A stretch of DNA of 64,000 nt from Candidatus Proelusimicrobium volucris (GTDB taxonomy: Bacteria; Elusimicrobiota; Elusimicrobia; Elusimicrobiales; Elusimicrobiaceae). The notes beneath the pieces are model-generated. The model had not been told where the DNA came from. It made no database searches and worked only from the letters and a program-made list of their open reading frames with translations. Position 1 is the first letter of the stretch. Each line of letters begins with the position of its first letter. The position numbers were made by a program, and so were the translations under genes. Shown piece by piece: positions 9,267-18,152 of this stretch. The DNA is taken from NCBI GenBank assembly GCA_944324665.1, contig CALUXD010000002.1, positions 352,694-416,693 of the forward strand, read 5' to 3'.

Positions 9267-9683
9267 ATGAAAAAACTTTCTCCGCACTTCTCTTTTGAGG
9301 AACTCTCCTATACTTCGCTGCTATGTTTTAAGGATCAAAATACTTTTTGCGCTTCCTTCTATTTGCAGGAACTTACGGCCTTGTCTTATTATGTTCTTGA
9401 GCCTATCCGCGCGCTGCTTGATACTCCGCTAGTGATAACCAGCGCTTATAGATGTCCCGCTCTCAACGATTATGTAAAAGGGGTGCCAAACTCCCAGCAT
9501 ATAGGGGGCGAAGCGGCAGATTTTATTCCTTTAAACTGCTGTTTGGAAAAAGCATTTGATAAAATCAGGATTTGCAAGTTTATTCATTTCGGGCAGTTGA
9601 TAATGGAGCCAGGCTGGATACACGTATCTTTAGGTTTCCCCTTCAGGCCATTAAAAAAATGCGGCGAGGTTATCGTCAAATGA
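9267..9683 (+). CDS. Peptidase M15A-like (DUF882/phage-type D-Ala-D-Ala carboxypeptidase fold) protein
   Basis: Motifs SAYRCPALN, SQHIGGEAADF (H-x-x-G-x-A-x-D zinc site) and GWIHVS. Start taken at MKKLSPHFSFEEL. Confidence 0.75.
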   Translation: MKKLSPHFSFEELSYTSLLCFKDQNTFCASFYLQELTALSYYVLEPIRALLDTPLVITSAYRCPALNDYVKGVPNSQHIGGEAADFIPLNCCLEKAFDKIRICKFIHFGQLIMEPGWIHVSLGFPFRPLKKCGEVIVK

Positions 9684-10234
9684 AAAACCTTGCTATTATC
9701 ATTCTGATTGTTTGTTGCTGTTTTTTGCTTTTTGCGATATTTGCTAAAAGGGAAGCGGTAGAGGGCGCCAAAATTCCAAACGATTATTTGGATACGGGAT
9801 TAAAAAGGATGATAGAATTAAAGGATCGAACTCTTATTCATAAAGTACGCGTGCCCGAAGTTGGGCAGGGCACTAAAGAAGGACAAAGCCTCCTGGCGGC
9901 AAAAACGGAAAATTTTTATATTCCCCCCGAAGGATCCTTCTCTTATATAGAGCGGGAAGACGGCGAATATAAACTTGACGTCAAAGATTACGGCTTTATT
10001 TTTAAATTGTATTTTGGGTTTTCTTCTAATCTTGAGGGCAAATTCTCGCCTTTGCTGGGCGCGCGTCTTTTTTATTACGGACGCTGGGGCGTTGGGTGCG
10101 GCTACTCTTTAAACGACGGCGCGGCGCTGCTGTTTGAGAGGCGTATAGACGATTTTTTCCCCTTGGATAATACGATATTATTTTTTGGTGCAAATAAAAA
10201 TACGGCCGTTTTTGGGGCGGCCGTGTTTTTGTGA
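9680..10234 (+). CDS. Hypothetical membrane-anchored protein (184 aa)
   Basis: The ATG at 9680 overlaps the upstream TGA (ATGA). N-terminal TM LAIIILIVCCCFLLFAIF. The C-terminal half is aromatic/Gly-rich and looks beta-rich. Confidence 0.55.
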   Translation: MKNLAIIILIVCCCFLLFAIFAKREAVEGAKIPNDYLDTGLKRMIELKDRTLIHKVRVPEVGQGTKEGQSLLAAKTENFYIPPEGSFSYIEREDGEYKLDVKDYGFIFKLYFGFSSNLEGKFSPLLGARLFYYGRWGVGCGYSLNDGAALLFERRIDDFFPLDNTILFFGANKNTAVFGAAVFL

Positions 10235-10246
10235 GATAAATTCCCA

Positions 10247-11185
10247 TTAACTTAACAAAATCCTTATACAGGAAGTGCAGTCGTAACTTTTTGCGTAATC
10301 CAAAGCGGTACGTTGGTGCCTGTCGGTCAATTCTTCGTTGGCGCCAGATTCTATAAGGAATGTCATTATATTGCCCTTATGTTCTTGGGCTGTTATCATT
10401 AACGGGGTAACCCCGTCTTTTTGGGTTCCCTGGTTAATGTCTGCTCCATATTCCAAAAGCACCTGTATCATTGTATTTGCGGGATATGGCGCGGAAGCGG
10501 TATAGTTTTCCCCCGTTACGGCGCGATGTATTGGGGCATAGCCTTTATCGTCGTAGATATCCATTGAGGCTCCTTTCTCTATCAACATTCTTAGCATATC
10601 CTCACTGCCGTTTGATATTGCCATAAATATAGGAGTAAAAGAGGTATTCTTTTCCGGCGAATTTACCGGTGCGCCTCTGTTTATTAAAGCCATAGCTTTT
10701 GGAATATCGTCGAAGTATACCGCGTCCATAAGTTCGCTGAAGAGTTCGTCCTTGGTCATTTTCTTGTTTCTATACTCGTTTTCAAAAGCGATGACTTGTT
10801 TTTTCTGTTTTTCTTTTAGGAAGTATTTTCTCTTGTCTTCCTTTTTTGCTGTATCTATGGTGTTTTGTTCCGTAGAGCCGCCCGTTATGTCTATGTAATT
10901 ATGTTGGGCGCTGCCGTCTATAAAGACCTCATCTATGGTTTCCTCTTTGTTTATGGAAGGCTTATATGTAAAGTTGGCATCTTTATCTTCTTGCGGCGCG
11001 GCTTGGGGTTCCGGCTGGATTTGAGAGGTCTGCGTCGGTGGCGTGGTTGTGGAAGACACCGACATTCCTACAAGTTCCTCCACGGCGGAAGATTGTTGCT
11101 TGCCGCTCTTTATTAAAGTATTCCAAAATCCCCAAACCACCCCTAACGCACAAAGCGCTATTATAATCTTTAATATGGTACGCAT
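10247..11185 (-). CDS. Ankyrin-repeat protein with an N-terminal signal anchor
   Basis: N-terminal TM ILKIIIALCALGVVWGFW, then a low-complexity linker. ANK repeats, e.g. GVTPLMITAQEHKGNIMTFLIESGANEELTD. Confidence 0.8.
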   Translation of the reverse strand: MRTILKIIIALCALGVVWGFWNTLIKSGKQQSSAVEELVGMSVSSTTTPPTQTSQIQPEPQAAPQEDKDANFTYKPSINKEETIDEVFIDGSAQHNYIDITGGSTEQNTIDTAKKEDKRKYFLKEKQKKQVIAFENEYRNKKMTKDELFSELMDAVYFDDIPKAMALINRGAPVNSPEKNTSFTPIFMAISNGSEDMLRMLIEKGASMDIYDDKGYAPIHRAVTGENYTASAPYPANTMIQVLLEYGADINQGTQKDGVTPLMITAQEHKGNIMTFLIESGANEELTDRHQRTALDYAKSYDCTSCIRILLS

Positions 11186-11332
11186 TAAAATTGTCCCCTT
11201 ATGTATTTATAATCTATTATTTTAAGAATAAAAACGCTTTAAAATCAATACCCGCGCGGCTTGACAAATTGAAAGCCTGCTGCCCTTTTATATAAAATAT
11301 ATATAAAAGTAGCAAATATAAAGGGAGTTAAA

Positions 11333-12757
11333 ATGCATAGAAACAAAAATTTATGTAAAATCGTAGCGACGATAGGGCGTATTGACGGACGCGAAGACCT
11401 TATCGAGAAGCTTTATTTGGCGGGAGCGACGGTATTCAGAATGAATCTCAGCCACGCCTCCGTAGCGGAAAATGCAAGAAAGATAGAGATAATCCGCGGC
11501 CTGGAAAAGAAGTACGATTGCGCTTTGGGCGTGATCTTTGATTTGCAGGGCCCTAAACTTAGGGTCGGCGTTTTTGAAAACGAGTCGGTAGTTTTAAAAG
11601 ACGGTCAAGAATTTATCTTAGATATGAATCCTAAACCGGGCGACGAAACACGCGTAAATCTGCCGCATAAGGAAATTTTTGAAGTCATAAAGCCGGGCAA
11701 CGTTTTGCTTTTTAACGATGGTCTTATAAGGGTGGAAGTTTTGTCCGTAACGCCCGAGGAAATAAAAACCAAAGTTATAAACGGCGGAGTATTATCCGAC
11801 CATAAAGGCGTGAATGTTCCCGATGTTTCACTTCCCATATCGGCATTGACTGAAAAGGATATGGAACAAATAAAGCAAGCGGCGGAGTTGGATGTCGATT
11901 GGTTTGCTCTTTCGTTCGTGCAGAAGCCTGAGGATGTTGTCTTTGCGCGTCAGTTGATAAAGTCCAAAGCGGGCATAATATCCAAGATAGAAAAGCCTTC
12001 GGCGATAGAACATCTTGATAAAATTATAGAGTACTCCGACGTAATAATGGTGGCGCGCGGCGATTTGGGCGTAGAACTAAGCCCCGAAAAAGTACCCGTA
12101 ATGCAAAGGCGCATAATAACCAAGTGCCGCGAGGCGGGCAAACCTGTGATAGTGGCCACACAGATGTTGGAATCTATGATAACCAACGTTAATCCGACCA
12201 GGGCGGAAGCTTCCGACGTGGCGACTGCTGTATATGAAGGAGCAGATGCCGTTATGCTTTCGGCCGAAACGGCCAGCGGGCAGCATCCGGTGGAAGCGGT
12301 AAGTACTATGTGCCGTATAATAAAGACTGTGGAAGCCGAGCCTATGTTTAAGGATAATATGAAGCTCAATACGGCGAGCCTTGGCGACGACAGTTCTTCA
12401 GCCGCGGCGATAACTACTGCAGCCGGCGTGGTAGCAAATTTGATAGCTTTAAGCGATTTTATAATTAACTTTACCGATTCAGGCACCACGACGTTAAGAA
12501 CGGCGCGTCAGCGCCCGTGCCTGCCGATACTTTCGCTTACGCCGCATATAGACGTAGCGAGAAAGATGTCAGTAGTATGTGCCGTTACCGCCATGGTGGT
12601 AAACGACTTGACCCGCTTTGAAGATATAGAACGCGAGACCAGAGCTGCGGCCAAGAAATTTGGCTTTGGCGAGAAAGGTACCCAAGTGGTAGTGACAGCC
12701 GGTATACCTTTTGGATCTTCGGGCGATACTAATCTGCTGTATGTTATAACTTTATAG
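11333..12757 (+). CDS. pyk: Pyruvate kinase
   Basis: Full-length match to pyruvate kinase hallmarks (KIVATIG, FRMNLSH, MVARGDLGVE, ATQMLESM). SD AAGGGAG upstream. Confidence 0.95.
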   Translation: MHRNKNLCKIVATIGRIDGREDLIEKLYLAGATVFRMNLSHASVAENARKIEIIRGLEKKYDCALGVIFDLQGPKLRVGVFENESVVLKDGQEFILDMNPKPGDETRVNLPHKEIFEVIKPGNVLLFNDGLIRVEVLSVTPEEIKTKVINGGVLSDHKGVNVPDVSLPISALTEKDMEQIKQAAELDVDWFALSFVQKPEDVVFARQLIKSKAGIISKIEKPSAIEHLDKIIEYSDVIMVARGDLGVELSPEKVPVMQRRIITKCREAGKPVIVATQMLESMITNVNPTRAEASDVATAVYEGADAVMLSAETASGQHPVEAVSTMCRIIKTVEAEPMFKDNMKLNTASLGDDSSSAAAITTAAGVVANLIALSDFIINFTDSGTTTLRTARQRPCLPILSLTPHIDVARKMSVVCAVTAMVVNDLTRFEDIERETRAAAKKFGFGEKGTQVVVTAGIPFGSSGDTNLLYVITL

Positions 12758-12780
12758 ACAACTATGGCCATAAACGTAGA

Positions 12781-12809
12781 ACGCCCTATATGATATAGGG
12801 CGTTTTTTT
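12781..12809 (+). terminator. Rho-independent terminator of pyk
   Basis: 10-bp stem acgccctata / tatagggcgt with a 3-nt loop, followed by TTTTTT. Confidence 0.85.
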
Positions 12810-12833
12810 GTATCTCATAGGATATATGGCAAT

Positions 12834-12901
12834 TAGGTCTTAGGACCTATTGAAGATTGGGCCTTTAAACTCTTGAGAAAAGAAATACTCTCTGTTAAAA
12901 T
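12834..12901 (+). promoter_or_regulatory. Promoter region of giant gene 1: inverted-repeat box, -35 TTGAGA and extended -10 TGTTAAAAT
   Basis: IR TAGGTCTTAGGACCTA at 12834-12849, -35 at 12873-12878, a 17-nt spacer counted to the hexamer, and TGnTAAAAT at 12893-12901. The layout is mirrored upstream of giant gene 2. Confidence 0.45.
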
Positions 12902-12964
12902 ATAAATAGAAGAAGTATAAATTTAACGGTGAAATTTATATTGTTGTCGAAAACGGTGAAAATT

Positions 12965-15900
12965 ATGAATAAAAAAATTATGTCGGCAAGTATGAAATTT
13001 GTATCTTTAATTCTCAGTGCTGTTATGGTGTTTGAAAGCAGCGCTCCCGCCTATGCGCAAGCCAGAAGGCTGCCTTATGAAGGCGGGCGCCAGATAATGG
13101 TTTTTGACGGTAAGAAACTTCTGGAAGAGAAAATGAAGATGGATATGGTAATCCCCGCAGACAATACCAGAGTGGTTCGCCCCAAATATATCAGACCGCA
13201 AATACTGGATAACCCCATTTGGCAAAAAGCTGAAAGGATAAAGATGGAGTTGCTTTTGGGATCTAAAGGCTCCGCGAAGGAGAGCGAAGAAACTTCATAC
13301 GAACCGTTAAACTACAAGCAATTTTATGCCGAGTACGAAAAAGCGGTAAATTCGCAAGCCGACAAATATAAAAAGGATAATGAATCGTTAAAGAAGCAGG
13401 CGTTGCTTGAGATGAATATGCAGGCTGAAAAATATCTGCTGAGCGGCGAATATTCCGAGGCCGATATCGCCGCTTGGAAAACTCAAGAAACAGCCAATAT
13501 AGACAAATGGCTTAAAGAAGAGCAAGGCAAAATAGAGAAAATAAGGACGCAGGAACTTTCAAAAGCAAAAGCCAGCTTTGAAGAATATACAAATGAAGTA
13601 AATGCCGCGGCGGACCTCTATAATAAAGAGATATTTGAGGAAGTTCAAGGCAAAATAAACGAACTGTTCACCTTGTATAAGAATAATCCCAATTTGGAAA
13701 AGGAATTGAGATACACTTTATTTACCACAGTTCCTTTGTTTATCTCCATGAATTATAACGGCGAAAATTTGTTAAACGCCGAGCAGGAAAAAATCATTTT
13801 TGATTTTGCCTTGGATCAATTGGAAAAGCCTATAACGCTGCAAACGGATTCCGCCAACCCGTATATATCCGCGTTGACGGTTTTTGCCGCTTTGGGCCAA
13901 GTTGGCGACGGCGGATCCACGGCGGTAAAGAGAATGGTTTTCAGCAGTGTTGAGGCCCCGCAATTTCATTCTTATTTGCTTCTTACGGCCGTTTCGGCCC
14001 TTCTCGCGGTAAAGGATTATGGCGCGATAAGGGATATTTTAAGCTACTTTAATCAGCAAGAGTCCATATTTGAAACTATGGATTTACTCAGCGTTGCAAA
14101 TTGGGTGGATTACTTCCAAACGATAAACGGCAAATATTTAGGCAATATGTCTTCATTGGCTCAATACCAGTTGGAAGACGGCACTGTTGCCAACGCCTAT
14201 ACCGATATAGCTTTGATGTTGGCGGAAGAAGGCAGCCCTCAAGCACTGGAATTGCTTAAGAATTTCGGCGTTGATAAATGCGTTATGACGCTTGATTTTG
14301 CCTTTAATCTTAAAGACCATTTCTCCCCCCGCTGCGGCGGCATAAAACCTTTTGTGGCAGGAGCCTTAATGAGCGGCAAGGCTGGCGCGGAGAGATATAC
14401 CGGCCCGTTTGTTAAGAAAACTGTCGGGCAGCAGGAATTTACTTCCGACGGGCGTGTAAGAATGGTGACGTCCGATGAAGTAAATAGGGTTGCCTCTGCC
14501 ATAGATACAAATATGAGCAGATTTAAAGCTGGGCAGAAAGAAAGCGGAATGAGCGCCAATGCTTTTATGGCTTTGAATTTGATTAACGAAGCGCTGGGCG
14601 ATATAGGCGTCGCACAAGAATCTTTCATAGATACGGCAATGCTTAAGCAGTACAAGAGCGAGATAGCCAATACCATGCTTGGTAAAGGCGCGATAGTAGA
14701 TGACGCCCGCCGCGCAAGCAAAGAAAAAGGGCAAACTATTTACAAATATGCAAAAATTACGGGCAATATTTTGGATGTGGGCATATTGGTATGGTGTGCC
14801 TGGGACTTGGCTAAACTGGCCCGCGGTATTTACTCTTTAGGCCGCGGAGCTTATGCCGCTTTCAGATTGTCCAGAGTAGGAACTTCGGCGCAGAGAATGG
14901 CCTATATAACCAGCCATTTGCCGCATTTGCGCAAATATTCCTCTGCCGCCAAGTCTGTTGCCAAATTTACGGCCCGCGTCAAGAACGGCATGGAGCCCGT
15001 GGTCTTGGCTCAGAGGGCTTTGTATACTTCTGCGCCGCTGCCTAAGATTGCCGGTGTGGGCTATGAAGGCACCGCAGTCGCTAAAACTTTGGCTACGGCT
15101 TCTTTTGATGCGGCGAAAGGCGGATATGTTATAAACGCGGCTGAGGCTTACAAATCTTCTGCGGGCCAACCCGGAAGAGTGCTTGATATCGTCAATACGA
15201 GAAAAGCCTTAGACGCTGGTGCCGCTTCGGCCCAAGAGTCTTTTGCAAACAGGGGTTTCTTTGAAAAATACAGAGGATACAGAGGTTATCTCTCCGATGC
15301 TACGAAGGAGGCCTTTAATGCAGGTAAATTTGATCAATACTCTTTGTCTGCGGGAATAGATTTCTCTAACGGTATTGCCAGTGCCAGAAACGTAAAGTGG
15401 AGAGCGCCCGTAACTTCCAATAACGTAAATTATTTGGCCAGACCTTTAGGCACTTCGGCTATGCCGGGCACTTTGGAACTGCATCATAGAAGCGCAGTTG
15501 GAATGGACGCAGAGCCTTTGCCGGTAAACGTAACGATTGAAAAGAAAATCCCCACCATCAAATCCAATGAGGTAACCAATGTCCTTTTAACCGGGGAAGA
15601 CGATGTAATGCTTTCCATAACGAAACAGCAGAAGCTTCCTTTCTATTACAGATGGATGTCGAAAGCGGCCGAATCCAAATTGATGCCGCAGAGCTGGTCT
15701 AACGGGATAGAAAGATGGGTAAGCAATTGGCGCGCCGAAAAAGAGTTTAAACTTGTAGACCCGGACTTCTTTAAGATAGGGTTAGACAATGAAAGTTTTG
15801 CCAATTTAGCCAAGATGTCTTATGCCGGTTCTACACCTTTAAACCTCAAATTTATGGGTGAGCGCACTGGCTTTGCCGGCAAGGTCGGCGGTTGGTTTAC

Positions 15901-17872
15901 CAACTCTTTTGCCGGGAAGAAGAGTTTATTCCCCGGTACGGGAACGGTTTTCGTAAGGGAAGGCGAGTTGTTGAGGCCGACTTCAATCAAACTTTCCACG
16001 CAGAAGCCTTTCGACGGAATACAGCTTATAGTAAACGAGAATAATACCATTTCATTGCTTGGCAAGGGCGCCAGCGGCACGATGACGGGCTTGAATGTTC
16101 CGTTCTCCTTGTCTTTGCCCAAGGGAGAGCTGCCTAACTTCCTTAAATATGCTTCCAACGGCAATTTTAACAATCCGTTTAATCTCTCTCTTACTGGCGC
16201 GAAGAATAAACTCAATACATTGTTTGCGGTGCAATTTCTCTCCTTGAGTGCGGCGTCTACCAGCTTGGTGGGCCCGTTAAGACAAAACTATCCCGATATA
16301 TCTAACACCGAGGTTGCATTGATATCAATAGTCTTGCCTTATGCATCGAGTTTCTTGTCTCCGTTCTGGGCGCCTTTTGTAAAGAGATACGGTTCGGCGA
16401 ATATGGTTAAGGCGAGTTTGGGTTTAGCCGGTCTTTCACTTACGATACCGATGTTCTCCGGCTTCCACGGCTTTGGCGACGTAAATTATATGAACCCCAA
16501 TAAACCGTCCATCACGCCCTTGCTTATCAGCGGAACTTTGATAGGTTTATCTTCTTCGATAACCAGGGCCTCGTTTAACCCCTTGATGGACAAGATGGGC
16601 GGCGGTGCAGGGTTGCTTAAAGGTATGGCTTTTAAGAATTTAAGTTCCTTTGCGATGTTGGCGCCTTCCTTGGGCGCGGCGTTATGGGACGCGGCCGATC
16701 CCAGATATTATACTGATGCCGACGGCAATTTCCTCTATAACGACAAGGGCGAAAAGATATTGCATTCTCATACAGACTTCTCGCTGTACAATCCCTTGTT
16801 GCTGGGTATTACGGGCGGAGTATTCTTGGCGTTCCAATCGGCTAGAATGCCTTCGCAGATAGGGAAGGTAAAAGGATATACGATGTCGCAGTTCGCCAAA
16901 GGCTTAAACGGTACGAATATGTTTGCAAGAGGATTTAACAGCGTTTACAGACCTGTTGCCGGCACATTGGCGGAAACTTGGAATGCCACAAAAGTTTTGG
17001 GCAAAAAAGGTGTTTGGCCGATAGCTTTAGCTTCTACGGCGGCTTTGGGTGTGGAATCTTCGTTGCTTTACAACTACAGCCAAACCGAGTCTAACAGATA
17101 TACGGCTAACTATATTTCCAATGATGCCGTTAAACCGGTAATAGCCACTTTGGCCCTTACGATACCGCCTTTCTTGGTAAGGCTTGAATCCAAACCGATA
17201 CTTAAACTGTTTGGCGGAGCGAACAATCCCGAAACATATAAACGTTTGATAGGTGCTTCGTTGGGATCCGCGGCCGTTGGAACAGCCTTATTGGCTACGG
17301 AAGATAATCTTGCCACATTTATACCAGGTATGGCTTTGGTAGGTATGGGTTTTGCCAATACGACTAACGGACTTTTGAAGATAGGCGAATATAATCTTAA
17401 AGCCGCTAAAGCTACGTCAAGTATGCTGACGGGGTATAAAGTAGCTTATCCTGGCGTGCATATAGGTATGGCAATATTCCCTAAAATGTTCAGCGGTGCG
17501 GCTGACAGCCAACTCGAAAAAGATCCTACTATCGAGAAATACGAAGCTTTGCAGGATAATATCTGGATACCCGCTTTGACTTTGGGCGGCTCAGCTTTCT
17601 TCTATGGATTAGGATCGGGATTATTCAAGTTTAAGTCTTTACCAAAGCCTTCACTTAGAATACCCACCGGCTTGCCCGCTTTTGCAAGATTCGGAATCGG
17701 ATCTCCCTCGGTGATGATGCAAGATTGGAGAAATAACGGGTTATTGCTCAATAACGACTTTGGTCAAATGAACATAACAACCCCCTCCGCCGAGCTGGAA
17801 GATATATTGTCAACCGACGAGGCAGAAGCTGAAGAAGAAATTCAATCTTCCGATGCGGCCGCTGCCGAATAA
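12965..17872 (+). CDS. Giant envelope protein (1,635 aa): signal peptide, long N-terminal region and a C-terminal 12-helix MFS-like domain (family member 1)
   Basis: Uninterrupted 4.9-kb ORF. Signal-like N-terminus MNKKIMSASMKFVSLILSAVMVFESSAPAYAQ. The C-terminal ~520 aa contain 6+6 hydrophobic helices. Paralogue of 18153-22841. Confidence 0.8.
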   Translation: MNKKIMSASMKFVSLILSAVMVFESSAPAYAQARRLPYEGGRQIMVFDGKKLLEEKMKMDMVIPADNTRVVRPKYIRPQILDNPIWQKAERIKMELLLGSKGSAKESEETSYEPLNYKQFYAEYEKAVNSQADKYKKDNESLKKQALLEMNMQAEKYLLSGEYSEADIAAWKTQETANIDKWLKEEQGKIEKIRTQELSKAKASFEEYTNEVNAAADLYNKEIFEEVQGKINELFTLYKNNPNLEKELRYTLFTTVPLFISMNYNGENLLNAEQEKIIFDFALDQLEKPITLQTDSANPYISALTVFAALGQVGDGGSTAVKRMVFSSVEAPQFHSYLLLTAVSALLAVKDYGAIRDILSYFNQQESIFETMDLLSVANWVDYFQTINGKYLGNMSSLAQYQLEDGTVANAYTDIALMLAEEGSPQALELLKNFGVDKCVMTLDFAFNLKDHFSPRCGGIKPFVAGALMSGKAGAERYTGPFVKKTVGQQEFTSDGRVRMVTSDEVNRVASAIDTNMSRFKAGQKESGMSANAFMALNLINEALGDIGVAQESFIDTAMLKQYKSEIANTMLGKGAIVDDARRASKEKGQTIYKYAKITGNILDVGILVWCAWDLAKLARGIYSLGRGAYAAFRLSRVGTSAQRMAYITSHLPHLRKYSSAAKSVAKFTARVKNGMEPVVLAQRALYTSAPLPKIAGVGYEGTAVAKTLATASFDAAKGGYVINAAEAYKSSAGQPGRVLDIVNTRKALDAGAASAQESFANRGFFEKYRGYRGYLSDATKEAFNAGKFDQYSLSAGIDFSNGIASARNVKWRAPVTSNNVNYLARPLGTSAMPGTLELHHRSAVGMDAEPLPVNVTIEKKIPTIKSNEVTNVLLTGEDDVMLSITKQQKLPFYYRWMSKAAESKLMPQSWSNGIERWVSNWRAEKEFKLVDPDFFKIGLDNESFANLAKMSYAGSTPLNLKFMGERTGFAGKVGGWFTNSFAGKKSLFPGTGTVFVREGELLRPTSIKLSTQKPFDGIQLIVNENNTISLLGKGASGTMTGLNVPFSLSLPKGELPNFLKYASNGNFNNPFNLSLTGAKNKLNTLFAVQFLSLSAASTSLVGPLRQNYPDISNTEVALISIVLPYASSFLSPFWAPFVKRYGSANMVKASLGLAGLSLTIPMFSGFHGFGDVNYMNPNKPSITPLLISGTLIGLSSSITRASFNPLMDKMGGGAGLLKGMAFKNLSSFAMLAPSLGAALWDAADPRYYTDADGNFLYNDKGEKILHSHTDFSLYNPLLLGITGGVFLAFQSARMPSQIGKVKGYTMSQFAKGLNGTNMFARGFNSVYRPVAGTLAETWNATKVLGKKGVWPIALASTAALGVESSLLYNYSQTESNRYTANYISNDAVKPVIATLALTIPPFLVRLESKPILKLFGGANNPETYKRLIGASLGSAAVGTALLATEDNLATFIPGMALVGMGFANTTNGLLKIGEYNLKAAKATSSMLTGYKVAYPGVHIGMAIFPKMFSGAADSQLEKDPTIEKYEALQDNIWIPALTLGGSAFFYGLGSGLFKFKSLPKPSLRIPTGLPAFARFGIGSPSVMMQDWRNNGLLLNNDFGQMNITTPSAELEDILSTDEAEAEEEIQSSDAAAAE

Positions 17873-17900
17873 TATATAGAAATGTCATAAGAAGTTTTAA

Positions 17901-17930
17901 AAATTCCCCGGTAAAAACCGGGGAATTTTT
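17901..17930 (+). terminator. Rho-independent terminator of giant gene 1
   Basis: Stem aaattccccgg / ccggggaattt with a 6-nt loop and a T-run. Confidence 0.85.
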
Positions 17931-18034
17931 ATTGGGAAAGATATCTTTGCAATAGAATATTTTCCCCCCTTAAAGAGTATTTATATAAACCTAATTGAAG
18001 CGGAAACGGATTATTTTTTATGATCGTTAAGGCT

Positions 18035-18102
18035 TGGGTCTTAAGTCCTAATTGTCAATGGGTCTAAATTCTCTTGTGTCAAGCCTTGCTTGCTGATATA
18101 AT
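18035..18102 (+). promoter_or_regulatory. Promoter region of giant gene 2: IR-like box, -35 TTGTGT and extended -10 TGATATAAT
   Basis: Box TGGGTCTTAAGTCCTA at 18035-18050, -35 at 18074-18079, a 17-nt spacer, and TGnTATAAT at 18094-18102. Confidence 0.5.
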
Positions 18103-18152
18103 GATAATAAGGAGTATAAGGTTTTCTCTTCTTTTCAAAGGTGATAATTATT

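Noticed and set aside
11950-12489. 179-aa ORF antisense to pyruvate kinase
   Set aside because: The pyk frame is unambiguous, and the antisense ORF has no start context or motif.
12929-12964. N-terminal extensions offered by the ORF track (12929, 18141, 9180, 23740, 26699, 42197, 43965, 1935, 9149, 59982, 63037)
   Set aside because: These upstream starts are GTG/TTG codons or ATGs without an SD. Some overlap promoter boxes or the preceding gene. In each case an internal ATG with better SD/promoter context or a family-typical N-terminus was preferred.
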